DNA from: Octopus bimaculoides
Taxonomy: Eukaryota
Assembly (NCBI RefSeq): GCF_001194135.2
Contig: NC_068985.1
Location: 75,388,537-75,421,367 of the forward strand
Direction: 5' to 3'
DNA length: 32,831 bases
In this document: piece by piece, positions 12,301-22,950 of the stretch
How the letters are laid out: every line of letters starts with the position of its first letter
Numbering within the stretch: position 1 is the first letter of the stretch
Made by a program: the position numbers and the translations under genes
The notes under the pieces: generated by a model
What the model saw: the letters and a program-made list of their open reading frames with translations, nothing else
What the model was told of the DNA's origin: nothing
The model's database searches: none

Positions 12301-12416
12301 CAACATTAAAAGCAGCATAAAAAATGTCAGTCACTTTCAGTATTTTAGTATTTTATAACAACATTAAAAGCAGCATAAAAAATGTCAGTCACTTTCAGTA
12401 TTTTAGTATTCTATAA
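12301..12416. repeat. Direct tandem duplication, 2 x 58 bp
   Basis: CAACATTAAAAGCAGCATAAAAAATGTCAGTCACTTTCAGTATTTTAGTATT(T/C)TATAA starts at 12301 and 12359. Confidence 0.92.
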
Positions 12417-13255
12417 AAGAAGAATTTCAACTGCTATCAGAAATGACTATCAAAATACTTTTTTTTTTCTATTTTCCACTTACGTATCTCAAAGAAGAAG
12501 GAATTTCTGTATATACAACAAAGAAAAGTAATCATTGAAATAAAATGAATACCAAGACAGATATGAGAATTCACCCATCAACGATTAAACCAGACTTCAA
12601 AGAGATTTACAAAAGAAAGAAAAATGTTCTGTAAAAGTGTTATTGATCACTCATATTGACTTTCTTCCATCTCTGTTCACTTTTAGAATGTACATACTTT
12701 CAAGATAAATGTAGTTTCTGAAAATTTCTGATGGTTTACTCTTAACTATAATAATCTAATCAACTGAAACCTCTTTAGGGTTTCCTTATATCTTTTCATA
12801 GCTGGAGACCGATTGCTCTACACCAAACAAAAATAAAAGAAAGTAATACATATTTTTGCACAGTCGAAACCTGTTTCAAACAACTAATATATCAGTAAAC
12901 GCATACGACTCATACTACACCACTGTATTGGATAAAACAAAGCAGTTCCCATAGCACACACGGCACAGGCACCACTCAACATTATAACAAATAATGCAAA
13001 TTATTCCACTGAAGAAGTATATTGGCTATCTCATGACACATAAAAAATTACATATTCTACACAAGAAACATACAAAGCACTAATGTAACAGGAGAAATAA
13101 TAAAATAAATTCTAGAATTTATGTTGTCCTAACCAGCACAATCCTGATTTTATTACTGCGATATTTATCTAAACGTCATACCACACGTATGCAGTTTGAA
13201 GAGAGTGAGAGTAGATTGATTTGTAAGCAAATTGGCCTGCAATATCTAACCGGTT

Positions 13256-13616
13256 CAGAGGTCGACTTTGCCTTTCATTCTTTCCGGGTAAATTAAGTAC
13301 CAGTTGCGTACTAGGGTCGATCTAATCGACTGGCCCTCTCCACCAAAATTGCCTAGAGAAGAAGAGAAAAGAATATCTAACCGGTTATGCAAGGTAGCGA
13401 GCTGACAGAGACGTTAGCACTCGGGCCGAAATGCTTAACGGTATTTTGTCTGTCTTTACGTTCTGAGTCCAAATTCTGCCGAGTTCGACTTTACCTATCA
13501 TCTTTTCGGGCTTGATAAATTAGCTGCGTACTGGCGTCAATCTAATCGACTGGCCCTAACCCCAAAAATTTTGGGCCTCGTTCCTAAAGTAGAAAAGAAT
13601 ATCTAACCGGTTAAGC
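13256..13616 (+). mobile_element. Tandem pair of SINE family 1 copies (5'-truncated 13256-13371, full 13392-13597)
   Basis: Both align to the 3761 copy and are bounded by three copies of AATATCTAACCGGTT. Confidence 0.85.
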
Positions 13617-14103
13617 NNNNNNNNNNNNNNNNNNNNNNNNNNNNNNNNNNNNNNNNNNNNNNNNNNNNNNNNNNNNNNNNNNNNNNNNNNNNNNNNNNNN
13701 NNNNNNNNNNNNNNNNNNNNNNNNNNNNNNNNNNNNNNNNNNNNNNNNNNNNNNNNNNNNNNNNNNNNNNNNNNNNNNNNNNNNNNNNNNNNNNNNNNNN
13801 NNNNNNNNNNNNNNNNNNNNNNNNNNNNNNNNNNNNNNNNNNNNNNNNNNNNNNNNNNNNNNNNNNNNNNNNNNNNNNNNNNNNNNNNNNNNNNNNNNNN
13901 NNNNNNNNNNNNNNNNNNNNNNNNNNNNNNNNNNNNNNNNNNNNNNNNNNNNNNNNNNNNNNNNNNNNNNNNNNNNNNNNNNNNNNNNNNNNNNNNNNNN
14001 NNNNNNNNNNNNNNNNNNNNNNNNNNNNNNNNNNNNNNNNNNNNNNNNNNNNNNNNNNNNNNNNNNNNNNNNNNNNNNNNNNNNNNNNNNNNNNNNNNNN
14101 NNN
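13617..14103. other. Assembly gap (N run)
   Basis: Ns. Confidence 1.
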
Positions 14104-14254
14104 GGAGTAATTCTAATTATGGAACTATTTTCTGTGAATATTTTCCTATCTAACGTTGTTTTATTACGTGTTTAGTGCATTACACCGTGTTTTAAATGAT
14201 GTTGAACATACTTGAGGCCGTTGTACTTGTCTGACTTATGTGTTTTCAACAACT

Positions 14255-14452
14255 ATATACACACACATACATACACACACACATACATACACACACATAC
14301 ATACATACATACATGCATACATGCATGCATACATACCTACGTGCATACATACATACATTCATACATACATGTATACATTCATACATACATTCATACATAC
14401 ATACCTACATGCATACATACATGCATACATACATACATACATACATACATTT
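14255..14452. repeat. (ACAT)n/(AC)n compound microsatellite
   Basis: Direct reading; source of the spurious HTYI-type ORFs. Confidence 0.95.
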
Positions 14453-15270
14453 ACGTGCGTGTGTGAGAGCGAGGGCACAGAGGTGTTTTAATTCCTAGAC
14501 CGGATGGTGCGTTGTGTTCCGTTGCTCTGTTGTCACTTCTGTATTTAAAAGTGCACCTGTTGAGGCAACGTTAATTTGAGGGAGAGAGTGAGCTAATGAA
14601 CAGTACAAAAATGTGAACTCTATAAACAAATCACTTCTGCAGCTTGTTCAGCAAGAAATTAGAAAACCGTCACTCTTGAACCAAGCGGGACTACCATCAT
14701 ATCTCTGAGGAAAATCCAATAAGACTTGAAAATCGATTGGAGTTGTTCAGCAGGAAGATTTCTGCTTGAAGCATGCCATATAACCTCTCGTAATTTTTTC
14801 TTTTCTTTCTTTAATTTTCAGAAAAGTTTTGAAAATTTGTATTCTACACACGGGATGTCATGCGATTATGCAAAAGAAGAAACCCACAAAAAGTTTGGTG
14901 CAGATTTAGTGGCTATGTATCTGATACTTTGAGCACAATCGCCTCATGCTCTCCTCATTTGATTATCAGTTTGACGTATTGATATTTTTCAATATCCTTG
15001 TCCCCATAAAAGCATTTAATGGCCTATTGCTTGGATTTAAGCCAAAATTCCGGATTGTCCGTATTTTAAACTGTGATTAAGAAAAAAAAAATTTTTTTAA
15101 ACGTATTGCATAGTCGTGTTAATTCCCGTGTGTAGAATACAATTTTGCAATAATATTCCAAAGTTATGAGGGGTTATATGTCGTGCTTAAAACAGAATTC
15201 TGCCGTTCCACCGTTCATCATGTTTGCAATGTACGGAGCAATAGCCAAATTAAGCCAGTTTCTAAATCTT

Positions 15271-15289
15271 ACACACACACGCACACACA

Positions 15290-15345
<56 letters not shown>

Positions 15346-16299
15346 NNNNNNNNNNNNNNNNNNNNNNNNNNNNNNNNNNNNNNNNNNNNNNNNNNNNNNN
15401 NNNNNNNNNNNNNNNNNNNNNNNNNNNNNNNNNNNNNNNNNNNNNNNNNNNNNNNNNNNNNNNNNNNNNNNNNNNNNNNNNNNNNNNNNNNNNNNNNNNN
15501 NNNNNNNNNNNNNNNNNNNNNNNNNNNNNNNNNNNNNNNNNNNNNNNNNNNNNNNNNNNNNNNNNNNNNNNNNNNNNNNNNNNNNNNNNNNNNNNNNNNN
15601 NNNNNNNNNNNNNNNNNNNNNNNNNNNNNNNNNNNNNNNNNNNNNNNNNNNNNNNNNNNNNNNNNNNNNNNNNNNNNNNNNNNNNNNNNNNNNNNNNNNN
15701 NNNNNNNNNNNNNNNNNNNNNNNNNNNNNNNNNNNNNNNNNNNNNNNNNNNNNNNNNNNNNNNNNNNNNNNNNNNNNNNNNNNNNNNNNNNNNNNNNNNN
15801 NNNNNNNNNNNNNNNNNNNNNNNNNNNNNNNNNNNNNNNNNNNNNNNNNNNNNNNNNNNNNNNNNNNNNNNNNNNNNNNNNNNNNNNNNNNNNNNNNNNN
15901 NNNNNNNNNNNNNNNNNNNNNNNNNNNNNNNNNNNNNNNNNNNNNNNNNNNNNNNNNNNNNNNNNNNNNNNNNNNNNNNNNNNNNNNNNNNNNNNNNNNN
16001 NNNNNNNNNNNNNNNNNNNNNNNNNNNNNNNNNNNNNNNNNNNNNNNNNNNNNNNNNNNNNNNNNNNNNNNNNNNNNNNNNNNNNNNNNNNNNNNNNNNN
16101 NNNNNNNNNNNNNNNNNNNNNNNNNNNNNNNNNNNNNNNNNNNNNNNNNNNNNNNNNNNNNNNNNNNNNNNNNNNNNNNNNNNNNNNNNNNNNNNNNNNN
16201 NNNNNNNNNNNNNNNNNNNNNNNNNNNNNNNNNNNNNNNNNNNNNNNNNNNNNNNNNNNNNAGATATATAGATAGATATATAGATAGATAGATAGATAT

Positions 16300-16334
<35 letters not shown>

Positions 16335-16340
16335 TATACA

Positions 16341-16421
<81 letters not shown>

Positions 16422-16487
16422 ATGTGTGTATGTATGTATATATTTATATACATACGTAGAGAGAGAAGGGGGAAGATGAGATCTGAT

Positions 16488-16513
<26 letters not shown>
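15271..16513. repeat. (AC)n, assembly gap 15346-16261, then (AGAT)n/(TA)n/(TG)n microsatellites
   Basis: Direct reading; the long X-containing ORFs here are artefacts. Confidence 0.95.
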
Positions 16514-16519
<6 letters not shown>

Positions 16520-17526
16520 CTCGTTTAGAGGCCATTGTACTGAAAGTCAGGGCATAGATAATGTATTGATTTCATTTCCATTCATACAGTTATAAATATG
16601 TATAAGCTTTTATTTTATTTCTTTACATTTGGTGATTTTCTTTCTACAGACTAAGGGATCAAGGAAAACAATATATTACAGATAAAATGACACCAGCATC
16701 CTAAGCTACGGAATTTCCAGAATAAAATGTGCACTTGACATAGATAAGGCAAACAAATCGTAAATGCCACACAAACTTTTAACTGAAGTAAAGAGATAAT
16801 ATACAAAATGTAATCTTAGGAAACAAAACTTTGCCAAAGTCTGCAACATGTCAGGATATCTCAAGGGAAATAATATATTATAAATTGCATGGATTGGAGA
16901 ACAAATTCTGAAAATTGTTGTGATAAACATAAGTGACAATGGATACATTTGATAAATAAAAAACAAATTAATCAAGTCAGCATGAATAAGATTTTATGCA
17001 GAGGTTATAAGAAAATAAATTATCGCAACACCAACTCTTCATAGTATAATATAATCGAAAATATGCTGTAAACAGCTGCTGAATTTCCTTCAGAAACACT
17101 TTTATTTACAACATTCAAAATTATATATGGAAGCGATTTTCATTTATTAGTCATCTTGGTAGCAAATGCTTTTAGTACTCACCAAACAATGAATCCGCTC
17201 TTCGTATTCATCGCTTGACCAGCTTGAATCAGCCCCAGTTAAATTTTTCATTTCTTAAAACGGATAAATATATCGTTTAAAGTAATCCTAGAAGCACATT
17301 GTAGTAAGATAGAATCGTCGAAGCAACAAAGTATTTGCTCCAAAATCTGCTTTCTTGTGGTTCTAAAACAACAGCAACAATCCAAAATACAATGTTTTGA
17401 CACAGTCAGCATCTACATCTTGCTGTTTGCTTCTCATAATACACTCACACACACATTATATATATATATATATAAGCAATAATAAATCTCTGAACATGGT
17501 ATAAACAGTAGCTGCACCACATCGTG

Positions 17527-17858
17527 AAGTATATTTCCCACTTAAATGTGGCTAACCTTTAAGGATGGATGCTACTGTAGCTTGTTACCCCAGGAGGACA
17601 CCTCCTCCAGCTGGCGAACCACTTCACATCGACAACCGGTGATTGTCACACGCTGATGATGGGTCAATACCCAGAAACTCGGGTCCGTGTGTATCACGTC
17701 AGGTTGAAAGTGGGAGTGGGAAGGATGGCTTCTCTTTGCAAATACTGATAGGGCACAGAAATGGTGTCAATAGCCAGTTGGAGGAGGTGCCCTCCTGGGG
17801 CTACAAGCTACAGTAGCATCCACCCTTAAGGGTTAGCCACATTTAAGTGGTAAATATA

Positions 17859-17861
<3 letters not shown>
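17527..17861. mobile_element. Foldback/inverted-repeat element (335 bp) enclosing the hammerhead; retrozyme-like, Penelope-derived or MITE-like
   Basis: Arms 17527-17615 and 17773-17861 are 89-bp ungapped inverted repeats with 7 mismatches. The 157-bp spacer contains the ribozyme. The right end abuts a (TA)n tract; no clear TSD. Confidence 0.8.
17639..17697 (+). ncRNA. Type I hammerhead ribozyme (minimal stem III form)
   Basis: Stem I CACACG 17647-52 / CGTGTG 17686-91, extended by GTGAT 17639-43 / ATCAC 17693-97 after a bulge. Core CTGATGA 17653-59. Stem II TGGGT 17660-64 / ACCCA 17669-73 with CAAT loop. GAA 17674-76. Stem III AC-(TCGG)-GT 17677-84. Cleavage triplet GTC 17683-85. All canonical core nucleotides match the hammerhead consensus. 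Confidence 0.88.
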
Positions 17862-17900
<39 letters not shown>

Positions 17901-18235
17901 TACATACATATCTGTGTGTGTATTTTTGTGTGTGTATTGTTCTTGTCCAAAAATTATAGTCATCCTATCGATATGAATATTTACAGCCTAACCTATATAA
18001 AAGAATATGTGCGTTGGTAATTAATAGATTATAGAATTAGTTTTCTTTCACATTTTCAAGCAACGGTCAAGAATCTACCTCAAATATTGGAGCTAATGCA
18101 AGTTGATGTTCGACTTCATTTTCTGTAGGCTTAAGATGCCTGTAAAGAAAGAAAAATAGGAAGGGAGATCCGAAGATGAATTAGAATAAAATTTCAATCT
18201 AAGTAATTGGATTAGGGTGGAGGCTCGTTTCATGT

Positions 18236-18770
18236 GCAGGGAGAGTGATGGCCTCAGGTTTTGGGATGCAAAAGTTATTGTGTTTATTGACTGTCTTCAA
18301 AGTGGCCACAGCATCAATGGAGAGTACTATGCCAACTTGCTGAGGTAGTTACGAAAGGCTATCGGGACCAAAGCTCAAGAAAACTGACGAATGGTGTCTC
18401 GATTTATCAGTTCAATGCTCCAGCACACAAGCCTTTAGTTTCAATGGCTGCTGTGCGCAACTGCGGCTTTGAACTGGTAGATCACCGTTCCTATTCTTCA
18501 GATTTGGTGCCATCTGACTATCATTTCTCCCCCAACACAAAAGAAATTGATGGCTGGGAACCGCTACCGCAGTGATGATGATGTCGTATTTGCTGTTGAT
18601 GACCTTTTTGACCCACAGGATGAAAGCTTCTTTACAAATGGGATCCAGCACTGCAACACCAATGGAAAAAGTATGTGGGCCACAAGGGTGACTATGTTGA
18701 AAACTAAACCTCAATGACAGTCCATGAGAGTATCTTGGTCATCTTCTGAAATTTTCAGCCGACTCTCGTA
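18236..18770 (+). mobile_element. Mariner (Tc1/mariner) transposase C-terminal remnant with 3' TIR
   Basis: Frameshifted translation: FWDAKVIVFIDCLQSGHSINGEYYANLL...NAPAH...FELVDHRSYSSDLVPSDYH (YSPDLAPSDY-like motif, 18492-18521)...QHQWKKYVGHKGDYVEN* (stop 18705-07). Ends in AAATTTTCAGCCGACTCTCGTA, typical of a mariner TIR with terminal TA. Confidence 0.88.
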
Positions 18771-18981
18771 TAAGTGTGTTTCCTGTGATATGCATTGTGA
18801 TTTAGCATGTACATGTCATTGAAGGAGTCGGGTATCTTGGTCCCCATCAGATTATATTTTTTTAAATGATTTCGTCAGTTAAAGGAGTCCATGGCCGACG
18901 CGGGATTTATGAATTACCTACGAGTGTACGAAACACTCTTGAGGCGGAGAAGTTCGATGTGCCTTTCTGAAAGTAATAATG

Positions 18982-19180
18982 GCTTCAAATTTTAGCATAA
19001 TGCCAACAACTTCGAGGGAGGAGATAAGTCGATTACAGTAACCTCAGTGATCAACTGGTATTTGTTTTTATCGACCCCGAAAGGATAAAAAGCGAAGTCA
19101 GACTTAGGAAGTAAGGTCAGATGATGTGCCACAGAGCATTTCGCCAGGCGTGCTAACAACTCTGCCAGCTCATCGCCTTC
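18982..19180 (-). mobile_element. SINE family 1 with 15-bp TSD
   Basis: TTATCGACCCCGAAAGGATAAAA...GCATTTCGCCAGGCGTGCTAACAACTCTGCCAGCTCATCGCC. TSD CTGAAAGTA(A/G)TAATG at 18967-81 and 19184-98. Confidence 0.85.
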
Positions 19181-19787
19181 TTACTGAAAGTAGTAATGCA
19201 TAGATTGTTCTGTAAAGGAAGTCTCGACATTGAATTTGCGTAATCTCTTTCAATCACGTATTGTGGAAATAGTAATCATGTGTGAGAATAATAACCGTAG
19301 AATTATACAAAACGTTCAATGAATTATGTGAATATAACAATAGAGAAATACTAGATCCACAGTTGAGATCAACCCAGTATAGCAGCTATTAACGAAAATG
19401 GGGTTAAATATCACGCAGAGTTTCATATATTTGTCCCATGGCACTGTGGTTAAATGGATATAAGTGTTAGAATGCTACTTAAGATGAGGTATCATAAATT
19501 TCGACCTCAGCACATAAGCATAACAAACATGATTAACTGACGTGGAAATCTAATGTTTAATGAAAATTATGTCCATCGGCACAAATAACAACTCAATTCA
19601 GATATTTAAGAATAATAGCATATAATTATATTGTTTTGTTTTAAGAATATAAGCAGTAATACTACTTTATTTATAATATTACAAAAAGAATGAAATGAAC
19701 TAAAATATAATAGCGATAATAACTTCAATGTAAACGCCAACTAGACTATGTTTGTTAAATATATTAGATATTTGTAGCTTATATATG

Positions 19788-19848
19788 AATAACATACGAC
19801 AGCTGATATATCTAATAACATACGACAGCTGATATATCTAATAACATA
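19788..19848. repeat. Tandem duplication, 26-bp unit x 2.3
   Basis: AATAACATACGACAGCTGATATATCT at 19788 and 19814, with a partial copy at 19840. Confidence 0.9.
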
Positions 19849-22819
19849 AATACGTCTTTCACCTCTTGTTTATCCCATTCCTATATATTCAATATTGCTT
19901 CATCATTCAGGTTTTTTTAATTTCTTTCTCAACTAGCAAAGTAGCATATATTTCTTTTCTTCCAACTAATGCATTACATCGATTAGCTGATGTCTCTAGT
20001 AGACATACTGTTGGTATGTTATTCAAAATTAACTATTTTGAAATCCTTGAATTAAACATTTAAGTTGGATACCATTTGTTTGTTCGTCGATTGAAGCTTC
20101 TGGAAGTGATTTATGAATGCCAGTCTCGATGTTAAAGTTTTCATTAACTCAGAGTTATGCTTTTACTGTTTTCATATTACTTTACTCAACTTTTCCATCT
20201 TTTCCATCAACTAAATTTCTTGGTTACCCCGTTGTCTGAACATAACAGCAGCTAAGTTTTCAATAACCCTGCTTTTATCTTAGGATATATAACCGAATAT
20301 ATATCTTAGGATATATATTCTGTGCAGCAATAGGTCCAACTCTTTCTATTTAATTATTAGCATAATATAAAGTATTATTTGATCATTATTAATGCATAAT
20401 TTCTACATATTACACTTGACTCACTTGTGGTGTAGAGGTGTTGTCATCGTATAATGTAAACTAATGACAGCAAATATGTTTATTGCTCGTTCACAATATA
20501 CACCTGATTGCCATACATTTTTAAAATATTTAATTGTAATGCAATTCTTTTACATAAATGATGTAAACTCTCAGTAAATAAATTTCATAACTATGGTTAC
20601 ATATTTAATAAAATTCTGAACTTTATGTTTACTATACAATGTTTAGTAAATTGTTGTCAATATTATTGTGTCTACCAATATTATATAAACTCTAATGATA
20701 ATTTATAAGATCATTGCACAGTTTCCATGCATGCATTTCCTTCTGGTCCAAGTCTACGAAATTAAAATGCCCACCGGCTAATCAAGAAATTGTTGAAAAC
20801 CGAACAACGTTGAGAATGATTCTCCAAGACCAAATTTCAGCGCCAAACCTATCAAGTAACATAGACCAATGATTTATTCCATACAGTACGTTTGCTATTA
20901 ATGAAAGTACACTATAGACAACATACTGTGGAAAGCACCAACCATTTCCACCAGATTTTTATTCAATATTATATGACAGATCAAATCAAATATTATTTAT
21001 TTCAGATTTCGGTGTTTAGTCGTTCCTGTTTGGTTAAGACATTCCACTTCTTACACTAACCTCAATTCCTCGTTGTTGTTATATAACAATGATACGTAGG
21101 TGCATGTTGCTTGCTTATCAGTTAATAAGTAATAGACATTTTAAGATAGATGATTCGGTGTCTGCTCACAAAAAGAGCAGCATTTTTAGAAAGCAAGTTT
21201 TCAACATAAAAAGTTCTTCCATTGTATTAGTAATTTACTAACTGTAGCCAAACTAACGCTGATATGCATATTAATTTTCCTTTATATGAATTTAAGCTTT
21301 TTTACATTTTTACTTAATAACTATAGACAGTACATACTCAGCATCACTGTAGTTGTAAAAAATAGTCACAATATCTGAAATAAGTTTTCAACAACACTGA
21401 CAATATTTTCTCTAGTTTTAAATCCACAAGAATATATATGGTTCAGAGATATAAATATACGTTGGTAAGTTGAATTCTTTTAAGCTACTAATATATTTCA
21501 CGTATGAGTTGATTTCACATAGTTACTAACTGTAATAATAAGTAATTCTTTGTTTTGTCAATAAGATGGACACACATGACTAATTTACACAATGTCTAAG
21601 AATGGGTTCTAAATATTTCTGGACTAGTAGCTTGGTTGTTAACTAGCAGACCCGAAGATGCTGTGAAATACCTGAAGTAGGTTTAAAGGCTCGTTGGTTG
21701 TGTTAAATAGTTAACATCAATCTCTTCTTCTAACAATTAAATATGATTCATAGACTTTGGTTAAGATGAGCACTGTGGTACAAAACAACATTTATTCAAA
21801 ATTATGCATGCAGTTACGAAAAATACATTTTCACCCCACTTCATACCTGAACTCATGATGATTTTAACGTACAATAGAAATTTGAATCTTTTATATGATC
21901 TGTATTTAAAAGCATTTTCTATTCAACATTATTTGAGTATAAATTGTTTATGTGATTAGTAAAAATATGAAAACAATATATGAAACATTAGTCGAATTCC
22001 AGTACTGACGCTATAAGTAGCGATTGTCACTGTCTAAGATTTAAAACATTTTAAATATTTTATGATAACTTCTTACCATTTCAATTTAAAGCTCTCTCAT
22101 ATCAGTTAAAGTATCTTAGGAGACTATCAGATATAGCAAAACAAAATATATAGCATAGTTGCCGTTTTGATTACTATGATAATATTTAACATGCTGGAAG
22201 ACCATTTTCTCTCGAATTGTTTGCCATTATTGTATAATTTTTCTACTTTATTTGTGAAGCGTAATATTTAGTTCACTAATTCAGTTGGACTTTTTTTTAT
22301 TTTTGCAGAAAAACAATCACAATTATTTGACAATATTTTGTGTTTTCCCTTGACATAGAGTAATAAAATAGTCTAATGGAGTAAAAGGAAATAAATGGAT
22401 GAAATAAATAAATATTGATAGAAATGCATGGCAATTATCATGCAAGAAGTGTGAAATGACTCTCTTCTACTTCGACTTGTTATCTGTGTGGATAACTACT
22501 GGATTAGGAGGATATTCGCTACATCATTCGTAAACATACCGGTCATGTAACACCTTTTCTAAGTCATTCCATATAGAAATACACTTAATGAAGTGAAAGC
22601 TCGTTAAAAACTAATCATTAAATTGATTTGATTGCCAATAGAAACCAAATGTCCGATGGGAATTAATTTGAAAGAGCTATTTTCAATTATGTAAATATCT
22701 TCATTTTTTCTTTCACGATATCAGCGAAATGCTGTAAAATTCACAATTACAATATTTCTAGTGACGTCTATATATCTTTCTCAGTTGCTAGTTTCCTAAC
22801 TGACCGCCACGGTTCCCTC

Positions 22820-22950
22820 TCTTTTTCACCCTCTTTTTCGTTCACCTCTCTCTCTCTTTATCTCTCTTTCTCTATCTCACACTCTTTCTCTCTCTGTTTT
22901 CTTCTTTCTCTCTCTTTCTCTTCCTTTATTTATCTCTCACTGTGTTTCTC
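22820..22950. repeat. Degenerate (CT)n polypyrimidine tract
   Basis: Direct reading. Confidence 0.8.

Noticed and set aside
12301-13616. CRISPR-like repeat/spacer pattern (58-bp duplication; three AATATCTAACCGGTT copies)
   Set aside because: Eukaryotic context, spacers are SINEs of unequal length, no cas genes; explained by duplication and TSDs.
14212-14498. His/Thr/Tyr/Ile-rich ORFs
   Set aside because: Translations of the (ACAT)n microsatellite.
15166-16535. Five long ORFs (359-453 aa) in the ORF track
   Set aside because: Made of Ns and dinucleotide/tetranucleotide repeats.
17745-17772. CTGATAG..GAAA..GTC as a second hammerhead in the foldback element
   Set aside because: The core deviates (CTGATAG), no stem II can form before GAAA, and there is no stem I/III pairing. 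No minus-strand CUGANGA core was found in the element either.
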